Shown piece by piece: positions 52,323-60,356 of a stretch of DNA of 60,356 nt. Origin of the DNA: Spirochaetia bacterium (lineage in GTDB: Bacteria > Spirochaetota > Spirochaetia > CADAEX01). The DNA lies in contig CAXXHA010000005.1 of assembly GCA_963662265.2 (NCBI GenBank), positions 1 to 60,356 on the forward strand. The letters are read 5' to 3'. How positions within the stretch are numbered: position 1 is the first letter of the stretch; each line of letters opens with the position of its first letter. The notes beneath the pieces are model-generated. The model ran no database searches. It saw only the letters and a list, made by a program, of their open reading frames with translations, and was not told the origin of the DNA. The position numbers and the translations under genes are program-made.

Positions 52323-52350
52323 ATTTACGATAACTATAATTATATGCACT
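52323..52350 (-). other. Array entry site: attI candidate with dif-like 11-6-11 organisation
   Basis: Minus AGTGCATATAA-TTATAG-TTATCGTAAAT; contains the G|TT of the first cassette; no attC hairpin upstream. Confidence 0.7.
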
Positions 52351-52625
52351 CATCTATTTTTACTCTCTAGGAAATTTTCCTAAAAACTGTACAACTTCTC
52401 TCCTTTACTAGATATCCGGCTGCTGTATAACCCTCATACTCAGCTCAAAAAGCTGTCACTATTGTTCTACTGAAACTGTCTTAACAGTTTCCATGAGTCT
52501 CTAAATCATTATTTCGTGTATTTGTTCTTAATTTTAAAAGTTATATGCATGATCCATTACTATTCTGAAGGAATTATACTGAAAATAATATTTCTCCGAT
52601 AATTTCCGGAAGATTTTACCTGGTC

Positions 52626-53129
52626 CTACACAGCAAGCTTTTCCCACTCTTCCCGTGGAAGTACTTTTTCATCGCTGTTGTAGTCTGTAAACAGTATGCC
52701 GTACAGGTGGTCTATCTCGTGTTGAAAAAGCTCTGACATGTCATCATTGAACACCTTTTTAATCTTGTTTCCCTTCTGGTCAAGGTATTCAACTTTTATT
52801 GACCTGTGCCTGGTTATGTACTTGAAAAATGCGACTTCTGCGCTGAAGCAGCTGTCCCATACCTCAAATGTGTCATCACTCTTTTCAATAATTACCGGGT
52901 TAATCATTACAATTGTTTCATCCCCTCTCTCCATGTAGACAGCTTTTTTAAGCACACCTATCTGGGGAGCTGCAATTGCCCTTCCTATTTTGTATTTTTT
53001 CCGGCAGTAATGGAGTGTGTCTGAAAGGTCTTTTATAAGTGAATCAACATCATCATAGAAGAAATTAATATCCTTGCTTTTCTCTTTGAGAAGCGGATTC
53101 TCAATTGTTAATACATCTTTAATAGCCAT
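52626..53129 (-). CDS. def: Peptide deformylase (variant motifs)
   Basis: GRAIAAPQIG, DSCFS (canonical EGCLS) and QHEIDHLYG. Confidence 0.85.
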   Translation of the reverse strand: MAIKDVLTIENPLLKEKSKDINFFYDDVDSLIKDLSDTLHYCRKKYKIGRAIAAPQIGVLKKAVYMERGDETIVMINPVIIEKSDDTFEVWDSCFSAEVAFFKYITRHRSIKVEYLDQKGNKIKKVFNDDMSELFQHEIDHLYGILFTDYNSDEKVLPREEWEKLAV

Positions 53130-53301
53130 AATTTTTTACCTTTGTGATAACCTATTATAGCATGTAACAAAAAATTATCACACTTTTTATTTTTTCATTA
53201 TTTAGAATACATAATTTTCATTTTTATTTTATTATAAAATGCAATTTAATAATTTACTTGACTTGTAAATACAAATACTCATATAATTTCTTAACAAAAA
53301 A

Positions 53302-55302
53302 ATGAACAGTTTAAAAAGATATTTGCACCTTATTGTTTTACCGATTATCTGCGTCTCTGCAACTGCCCTGCCGCTGTCAGATACAAGTTTTTTAAAGGCT
53401 GAAAAAGGGGTTCTTGATTTAAGTTCCTGGGATTTTCAGAAAGACGGTTCTGTTTCTCTGGGCGGAGAATGGATATATTTTCCTGAACAGAGGATTTATC
53501 CTGAAAACATTAAATACTATAAAACTTCTCATAATTATCATTATATGAATGTTCCCGGATACTGGAACAATATTGAAGTTAATAACAAAAAGCACGGCGG
53601 AATGGGTTTCGGTACTTTGAGCCTTAAAATTATTCTTCCTGAATACAGCAACAATCTGCGGATAATGACCAGCGATTTTCTTACTGCATATGATTTTTAT
53701 GCAGGAAGTGACAAAGTTATTTCTGTAGGTGAATTCGGTAATGACAAGTATTCATCAAAACCTGCTTTCGGGACTTACACAGCTTCAGTAAAAACAGATG
53801 ACAATATACTTGATATCACTGTTCATCTCTCAAACTTCCATCACAGGGACGGCGGAATGTTTGATGTGCCTCTTCTGGGTTCAGACACAAAGATTTGGTA
53901 CCATTTCAGGCTGACTCTTATTTTTAACATAATACTCTTCTCTTCACTTTTTATAATGGGACTTTACAATATTTTCCTTTATCACCTTTACAAGTATTAC
54001 AGGGACCTTCTGTTTTTCGGAACATTCTGTCTTATTTTTGCTGTCAGGGTTCTTACAACGGGAGACGCGTTCGGTTATGTTTTCTTTCCGCAGATAGGAT
54101 GGAATATTTTCAACAAGCTTGAATATATTACTTTCTATCTTTCTGTACCCTGTTTCATAATGTATATTTTCACCAATTCTCCAGATGTTTTTTCAAACAA
54201 ATTTCCTAAAGCCATAATATTTATCAGCCTTCTTTTCACAGTTGCAGTCTATTCAACACCATCATATATATATACACATCTTATATCTTATTATGAAATT
54301 ATGACTGCACTTGCAGGATTGTATATCTTAATAAGGCTTATAAAACTTCACCTGGTTCACAGAAAAAAATCAAAAATAATGTTTACAGGTTTTATTGTAA
54401 TTTATCTTCCCCTTATAAATGATGTACTTTATACACACAATATTACATCAACAGGCTACCTGGTTCCATACGGACTGTTTGCACTTATTTTTATTCAGGG
54501 AGTCATTATAACAAACAGGATTTCCAGGGCTTTTCATACAGTTGCCAGTCAGTCGGATGAGCTTGTTATGATGAACATGGAGCTTCTAGATGAGATAAAC
54601 AAGAGGAAAAACCTTGAAACAAACCTCCGCCAGTCTCATGAAAATGTGGCGCAGTCCCGGTTCGCTATTATTATGGGGCTTGCAAAACTTGCAGAGCACC
54701 GCGACAGCTGTACAGGCGAGCATCTTGAAAGGATACAGGAATACAGCAGGACCCTTGCCATGGAGCTTTCAGGTTTTGATGAATACAGGGATTATATAAC
54801 TGATGAATACATAGACGATATTTACCACTCATCCATTCTTCATGATATCGGCAAGGTTGGTGTTCCAGATTCCATACTTTTAAAAACAGGCAGTCTTACA
54901 GAGGAAGAATTTGAACTTATAAAACAGCATCCTGTTATAGGGGGTAATGCAATTGAAAACCTTGAAAAGCAGATGGATAATTCACTTCTTACCCTTGGAA
55001 GGGAAATTGTCTACCATCATCATGAAAAATGGGATGGTTCCGGTTATCCTTACGGATTAATGGGCAGTAATATTCCACTTTCCGCCCGAATTGTTGCTCT
55101 TGCAGATGTTTACGATGCTCTTACTTCAGAACGGCCCTATAAGAGGGCATATTCGCATGATACGGCACACGAAATAATCATGATGGGAAAAGGTACACAT
55201 TTTGATCCTCTTATTATAGAGGCGTATCAGAAATGCATTGAAAGGTTCAAGATTATAAGGGAAGGCTACAGCAGGGGTCTTGTTTTTTACACCCACCTGT
55301 AG
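53302..55302 (+). CDS. 7TM-DISM sensor with HD-GYP phosphodiesterase domain
   Basis: Extracellular domain, about 7 TM helices, HDIGK and HHEKWDGSGYP. Confidence 0.9.
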   Translation: MNSLKRYLHLIVLPIICVSATALPLSDTSFLKAEKGVLDLSSWDFQKDGSVSLGGEWIYFPEQRIYPENIKYYKTSHNYHYMNVPGYWNNIEVNNKKHGGMGFGTLSLKIILPEYSNNLRIMTSDFLTAYDFYAGSDKVISVGEFGNDKYSSKPAFGTYTASVKTDDNILDITVHLSNFHHRDGGMFDVPLLGSDTKIWYHFRLTLIFNIILFSSLFIMGLYNIFLYHLYKYYRDLLFFGTFCLIFAVRVLTTGDAFGYVFFPQIGWNIFNKLEYITFYLSVPCFIMYIFTNSPDVFSNKFPKAIIFISLLFTVAVYSTPSYIYTHLISYYEIMTALAGLYILIRLIKLHLVHRKKSKIMFTGFIVIYLPLINDVLYTHNITSTGYLVPYGLFALIFIQGVIITNRISRAFHTVASQSDELVMMNMELLDEINKRKNLETNLRQSHENVAQSRFAIIMGLAKLAEHRDSCTGEHLERIQEYSRTLAMELSGFDEYRDYITDEYIDDIYHSSILHDIGKVGVPDSILLKTGSLTEEEFELIKQHPVIGGNAIENLEKQMDNSLLTLGREIVYHHHEKWDGSGYPYGLMGSNIPLSARIVALADVYDALTSERPYKRAYSHDTAHEIIMMGKGTHFDPLIIEAYQKCIERFKIIREGYSRGLVFYTHL

Positions 55303-55340
55303 CACCTTGTTTTGTTATTCAGATTTAAAGAAAGAATCCC

Positions 55341-57200
55341 CTACCTGATAAACATCAGAGACAGCTGAGGTACAAATGTAATAAGAATTACAGCGCACAG
55401 CATAATCAGGAAAAAAGGTATAACCGACATGTAGACATCTTCAAGAGGCATCTTGAACCTGTAGCTTGAAAGGAAAAGGTTAAGCCCAACAGGTGGTGTC
55501 AGGTATCCGAGTTCAAGGTTTGCAAGAAATATTATTCCAAGGTGAACAGGATCTATGTTGTAAAGCTCGCCTAGAGGTGCAATAAGAGGCACAACAACGA
55601 CAATTGCCGAGAATATATCCATTATACAGCCTGTTATGAGAAGCACAATGTTAAGCAATATGAGGAACACAATTTTCGAACTAATCTTGAGCGCAATCCA
55701 TTCGCTTAAGCGTTGAGGTATCATCTCGTCTATCATGTAGAATGACAGAGCTTTGGATACTCCCAGTATTATAAGAATTCCACCGATTACAGGGGCTGAT
55801 TTTTTCGTGATTATATAGAGTTTCTTGAAAGATATATCTTTGTGTACAAATGTCTCTATTATCAAGGTATAGAGAACAGCTATCGATCCTGTCTCTACAA
55901 GAGTTGTAAGGCCTGTAAAGTAGCAGTAGAGAATCACAAACGGCAGAAGAAGCTCCCATACCGATTCTTTTATACTCTTTCCAATAGCCTTAACATCAAT
56001 TTTTGTCCGTTTAAGCTTTTTCCTCTGTGCATATATTATTCCTGCAGCAGAAACAGATGCGACAAGAAGAAATCCAGGCATAAGACCTGCGATAAACATC
56101 TCCTTGATATCCGCGTTTGCAATTATCGCATATAAAATAATCGGAAGACTCGGGGGAAAGAGAAGTCCTATGCTTCCTGATGACGTGAGTATTCCTGTTG
56201 CGAAATTCTTTCCCGCCCCGTAGTTTTCAAGTATTACATAGAGAATTCCGCCAAGTGCAAGTATTGTAACACCAGATGCCCCTGTAAAAGTTGTAAAGAA
56301 AGCGCTTAATACTGTTACTGCTATGAAAATCCCTCCGGGAAACCATCCGAAAGCTGTCCTGAAAAAGTTAATTAGCCTTATTCCTGCCTTGCTTTCAGAA
56401 AGTATGAATCCGGTGAGTGTAAAAAGAGGTATTGCAGGGATCATGTTTCCTGTAAGTACTGTGTATATTTCGTTTACTGCAATCTCTGTATATCCGCCTG
56501 AAACTGTTAGAAGAAGATATGTTATTCCCCCTATTACGATAAATATAGGGGTGCCGAATATGCCAGAAACAATTAGAACTGCGATAAGAGGCTTTAATGC
56601 TATTTCTGAAATCAGAAAAACATAATCAACTATTACGCCAATGAAATAAAAATCAAGGTCCAGGACATCAAGCATGAAATTATATATAGGTATAATGCTT
56701 AAAATAACAGATACAAGGACAACTATAATTGATAGTATTATGTTTCTCTTTCTGAAAAAATCTTTCAGATGATAGAAACACATGAAGAAAAAACCTGCAG
56801 GCAGGATAAATGAAAGATGCCTTGTAAAGAACAGTCCTGTCTTTTCTTCCGCTTCAAATGCAAGAAATGAAAAAGAAATAGAAGCAAAGAAATAACAGGT
56901 AAGAACAATTATTGTGATAATGTCGGAAAATGTTTTTACCTTTTCCTTTGCTTTTTCAGGAAGGTATTTTACACCTGCCTCTATTGCAAGGTGTTTCTTT
57001 TCCTTGACAGCAATTATTCCGCTTATCAGGGAGAGCCAGAGTACTGCCTGCCTCGCATATGCATAGGAACCGGTAACGCCTGTCTTGAATATCAGCCTTG
57101 CCCCTATTTCAAGGACAGGCACTATAAACAGTACTGCAGAGAGAGCATAAACAAGGTAGTAAAAAAACCTTCTGTTAATTCTTTTTATTTCTGTATTCAT
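55341..57200 (-). CDS. Fused DctQ-DctM TRAP transporter membrane subunit
   Basis: AIPLFTLTG, GLLFPPS and GYLTPPVGLNLF. Confidence 0.92.
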   Translation of the reverse strand: MNTEIKRINRRFFYYLVYALSAVLFIVPVLEIGARLIFKTGVTGSYAYARQAVLWLSLISGIIAVKEKKHLAIEAGVKYLPEKAKEKVKTFSDIITIIVLTCYFFASISFSFLAFEAEEKTGLFFTRHLSFILPAGFFFMCFYHLKDFFRKRNIILSIIVVLVSVILSIIPIYNFMLDVLDLDFYFIGVIVDYVFLISEIALKPLIAVLIVSGIFGTPIFIVIGGITYLLLTVSGGYTEIAVNEIYTVLTGNMIPAIPLFTLTGFILSESKAGIRLINFFRTAFGWFPGGIFIAVTVLSAFFTTFTGASGVTILALGGILYVILENYGAGKNFATGILTSSGSIGLLFPPSLPIILYAIIANADIKEMFIAGLMPGFLLVASVSAAGIIYAQRKKLKRTKIDVKAIGKSIKESVWELLLPFVILYCYFTGLTTLVETGSIAVLYTLIIETFVHKDISFKKLYIITKKSAPVIGGILIILGVSKALSFYMIDEMIPQRLSEWIALKISSKIVFLILLNIVLLITGCIMDIFSAIVVVVPLIAPLGELYNIDPVHLGIIFLANLELGYLTPPVGLNLFLSSYRFKMPLEDVYMSVIPFFLIMLCAVILITFVPQLSLMFIR

Positions 57201-58166
57201 TTATATAACTGTTCATCCTCCGGTTCATTTCATCCGAAAGCATCTCTTTGACATAAAGATCTACGCCTGCATGCACTTTTTCTGCCCATAGAGCTGTGTT
57301 TTCAGCTGTCGCTGGAGTTATTATAAGCCCCTGTTCTTTCATTACTTCAATAGCTTCATCCTCGATTTCCTTCATCTTGTCATAGAAATCTTCGAGTACA
57401 TTCTTTGTACCTGCTATCATCTCTTCCTTGTACCTGTCAGGTATTCTCTTCCATGTTTTATTGTTCAGGAATAACCCTGCATAAAGAGGAGTAATAGGCA
57501 TATCATGCATATACGGGGTAAGTTCCGCCATTCCCATTGCAGATGCTGCGTATGGTGTAATATATGTACCTTCAGCCATTCCGCTGTAAAGTCCTGACAT
57601 GAGGTCGGAAGTGAAAGAGGTATTACCTTGAATCCTATCTTTTTCCAGATCTGTATGACTTTTTCATCGCTGTTGTCTACAGCTATTTTTAGCTTTGCAA
57701 GATCCGAAGGAGTCGAAACCCTGCTGGTCGTAAACCATTTAACCCATCCGCTCATTGTCCAGGCTACTGCTGTAAAACCTTTTTTATCGAGAGTATCATT
57801 GAATGAAGGGATAATCCTGTCAAATACATAATCAAACTCATCATCATCTGATATCTTCATAGGAAGGCTCAGAGCAAGAAGATCAGGGTCTATATTTGAC
57901 ATTCCCTGGGAAGTAAGAGCTGCGCCCTGAAGCCTTCCAAGCTTCATCTTCCTGATAATATCCTCTTCATTTCCGATTGAGCCGCCTGTATATATTTTAA
58001 CCTTGATTCTTCCGCTGGAAATTCTGCTCCATTCTGCTGCTATCTCCTTGAGAGTTGTGTCCCAGAGCGATCCCGGAGGAGCCATTGTCCCTATCTTTAT
58101 AACCTGTGAAAATCCGGTAAATGTAAATGCTGTCATAAGCAGCAGGATAAATAATATTTTTTTCAT
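57175..58166 (-). pseudogene. TRAP binding protein (DctP/TatP), frameshift near 57600
   Basis: IKIGTMAPPGSLW and G.IGNE; ORFs 57465-58202 and 57175-57600 join. Confidence 0.85.
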
Positions 58167-58206
58167 ATAATGCCTTATCTCCGTATCTCTATGTTGTATC
58201 AAATTT

Positions 58207-59204
58207 TCAGTCGATCAGAAAATAATCACCCACATTATCTAAAAGCCACTGTGCCTTCTTCTTGAAAATTATATTTTCAAGTTTATTCTCAGGTACTTCA
58301 TTTTCATCTATTGCAAGAGCTTTTTCAAGAACATTTTTAAAATCCTCAACCCCGCTGTGCTCCTCATCATCCTTTTTTGTACATACATTTATTGCATAGG
58401 ATACATATGGTGAAGCTTTTTTTCCTTCGGAAAGCTCTACAGCCTTTTTAAAATGATATTCCGCCTTATCAAGTCCGCCCCCCATACTCTCAGGCAGAGA
58501 AGCATAGTACTGGACAAAAAAATCATGAAAAGCGCCCTGGTTGAAGCTGCTGTCAAGTTCATACCCTTTCTCAATAAGCATAACAGCATTTTTCCTCATC
58601 GGGGCAATATGGGGATCTGTAATATCTATCGATAACGCGCCCATTATACCCATACCGTACCAGTAAAGATCTGTCACATCCTCTTTTTCCAGTTTTTCAG
58701 AGTATTGTTCAAACCTGTTTTCATAAAGAGCCTGCGCAAATCCCTTGTGCCTTATATCAAGAGACCTGAGTGCATATCTGCTGCCCCTGAGGTACATTTT
58801 TTTTGCCCTTTCATACATTGCTGCCTGCTCTTCCCATCTGCTGTAGTCAAGCATTCCCGCGGTGTATGTATATAAATATTTGCATATGTTACAAAACCCT
58901 GCCCCGCAGATGTACAGATGCCGTCATTGTCGGGATCTGAATCAAGCATTACCTCGTAAAGCTTCAATACAAGAGGAAGCGCATCCCCGATCAGCTCAGG
59001 ATCATCATCAGAAGTAAAGACATCCTGGGCACCGTCAAGCGATTTTGTAATCATTCTTGTCGCCATTTTGTTTATAGAACAGGAAACAAAAAGAAATGAA
59101 AATAATGCGGCAACAAGCAGAAACGTATATTTTTTCCCGCCTGTTTTTTTCCTGTTTTTATGTATACTGATTATTGTTTTCTTATTATCTGTTTTTAAAA
59201 TCAT
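58207..59204 (-). pseudogene. TRAP T-component (TatT-like) lipoprotein, frameshift near 58860
   Basis: Lipobox VSC, DDPELIGDALP..LK, RAKKMYLRG and MGG..KA..HF.KA. Confidence 0.8.
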
Positions 59205-59251
59205 ATCTTTTTCCCCTCTATCCCAAGGAATTTAATATTGTAAGATAATTA

Positions 59252-59713
59252 CTACTTATATATTTTTTTCTGAAGTTTTGTAATAACTTTGTCAAAAGTA
59301 TTTGCAAACAACTGTACCTCTTTATTGCTGAAGCTTTTTTCCTCATTTATCTTGAGCCCAGAAACCCTCATTTCAAGCATGAAATTTCTCATAGAAAGCC
59401 TTTCCCCTATATTTTCTTTTGAGAATTCCTCACCCCTGTCATTTATTACATGTATCCCTTTTTCGACAAGGCTTGATGCGAATGGTATATCCCTTGTTAT
59501 TACAAGATCCCCCTCTCTGCAGTTTTCAAATATATATTTATCAGCGCTGTCTGCCCCTGCAGGTACAATCACGCTTTCAACAAACTTGTGTTTTTTTACA
59601 GGAATTTCCCTGTTGGCTGCAAGAACCAGCCTTATTCCCCTCTTTTCAGATGCCTTTGCCACAATATTTCTTATCTGCACCGGGCAGGAATCTGCATCTA
59701 TCCATATTGTCAT
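59252..59713 (-). CDS. YaiI/YqxD (DUF188) family protein
   Basis: IWIDADSCPV, DSAD and DLVITRDIP. Confidence 0.9.
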   Translation of the reverse strand: MTIWIDADSCPVQIRNIVAKASEKRGIRLVLAANREIPVKKHKFVESVIVPAGADSADKYIFENCREGDLVITRDIPFASSLVEKGIHVINDRGEEFSKENIGERLSMRNFMLEMRVSGLKINEEKSFSNKEVQLFANTFDKVITKLQKKIYK

Positions 59714-60356
59714 TCAATTATCCGTCTCTTCATAAGGTACTGTTGCTTTGTAGAATGTTCCTTCGCCGGTTATTGTATATTTACCGGCAGCTGACGGAAG
59801 GACAAAACTATCCCCCCTCATCACTGTTATGCCGCTTTTTGAAGATTCACATTCAACTTCTGCGCTTCCTTCGAAGCATATCAGAATATCTATATTTCTG
59901 TCCTCATCCGAGACATAATTATTCCCCTTATCAACAATAATTTCCGATAAAAGGAATTCCTCAGATTCAGTTGTAAAAATATTTTCACATCCATTCACTT
60001 TTTTATCTGTTTTCCTGATTTCTGTTGTCCTGTACTTGAGTATTTTGTAAAGTTCTTCCCTGTCTACATGCTTTGGAGTTAGTCCCCCGCGGAACACGTT
60101 GTCTGAATTTGCCATCAGCTCAATACCTGTCCCTTCAACATATGCATGAAGCTCTCCCGCAGGTATATAGACAGCTTCACCCTTTTCAAGAACTGAGCAG
60201 TTAAGGTAAAGAGGTGAAAGTATTCCCGCATCGTCAGGGTAGTATTCAGAAAACTTTCTTATGAAATCTGATTCTAATTTATCTTTCAACTCTTCTTTTT
60301 GTGAGTTTTTAAGAGCCTCATCTATCATTTTTCCTGTATCGCTGCAGCTGCATGAC
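59714..60356 (-). CDS. manA: Mannose-6-phosphate isomerase class I, 3' part (runs off the window)
   Basis: YPDDAG, PAGELHAY and ELMANSDNVFRGGLTPKH. Confidence 0.92.
   Translation of the reverse strand, partial: SCSCSDTGKMIDEALKNSQKEELKDKLESDFIRKFSEYYPDDAGILSPLYLNCSVLEKGEAVYIPAGELHAYVEGTGIELMANSDNVFRGGLTPKHVDREELYKILKYRTTEIRKTDKKVNGCENIFTTESEEFLLSEIIVDKGNNYVSDEDRNIDILICFEGSAEVECESSKSGITVMRGDSFVLPSAAGKYTITGEGTFYKATVPYEETDN

Larger units (their letters stand above)
41434..52350 (-). mobile_element. Integron-like cassette array with no integrase in the window (CALIN-like), about 8 cassettes
   Basis: Six AAC...GTT palindromic sites between co-oriented AT-rich ORFs; each complete cassette's first bases complement the R'' of its own downstream site. 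Approximate cassettes: 50770-52333, 50050-50769, 48638-50049, 47655-48637, 43779-47654, 43657-43778 (partial), 41938-43656, 41434-41937 (truncated). Confidence 0.88.

Noticed and set aside
41932-52334. Repeats as a CRISPR array
   Set aside because: Units are 99-170 bp, divergent and separated by whole genes; no cas genes are present.
52351-52625. Integrase gene or remnant beside the entry site
   Set aside because: No ORF of 60 aa or more and no tyrosine-recombinase motif recognised; only a 9-bp repeat ttatatgca (52340 and 52541), which could be chance.
218-59204. Many frameshifts as programmed recoding or phase variation
   Set aside because: They affect unrelated genes, often at homopolymers; sequencing error is simpler. 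Only the IS3 A6G site fits established programmed frameshifting.

Overview
AT-rich bacterial chromosomal window, probably from a spirochaete (inferred from a TatT/TRAP locus, a RelA/SpoT-domain+TPR protein and many sugar ABC/two-component genes). About 1-40.2 kb and 52.6-60.4 kb are ordinary metabolic, transport and signalling genes, mostly on the minus strand. Scattered single-base frameshifts, several in homopolymers, suggest long-read errors. The notable part is 41.4-52.35 kb: an integrase-less array of about 8 co-oriented, integron-like gene cassettes. Five separators are unusually long (163-170 bp), branched attC-like hairpins of two sequence families; one is split by an IS21 element. A sixth separator is a canonical 99-bp attC. 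Directly visible features: (i) all five long sites carry a TTGCnn-N17-TATGAT promoter motif in their loop, facing the next cassette; (ii) the array starts at a 28-bp site resembling a XerC/XerD dif site, and seven of eight cassette starts fit an XerD-arm-like 11-mer; (iii) each complete cassette's two ends are inverted repeats extending beyond the 7-bp R box; (iv) several cassettes share GGA-triloop hairpins at their ends. The cargo includes a tandem RelE-like pair plus membrane protein, a HEPN-like protein, a HAD hydrolase and an LRR protein. All product calls come from motif recognition by eye, not database searches.
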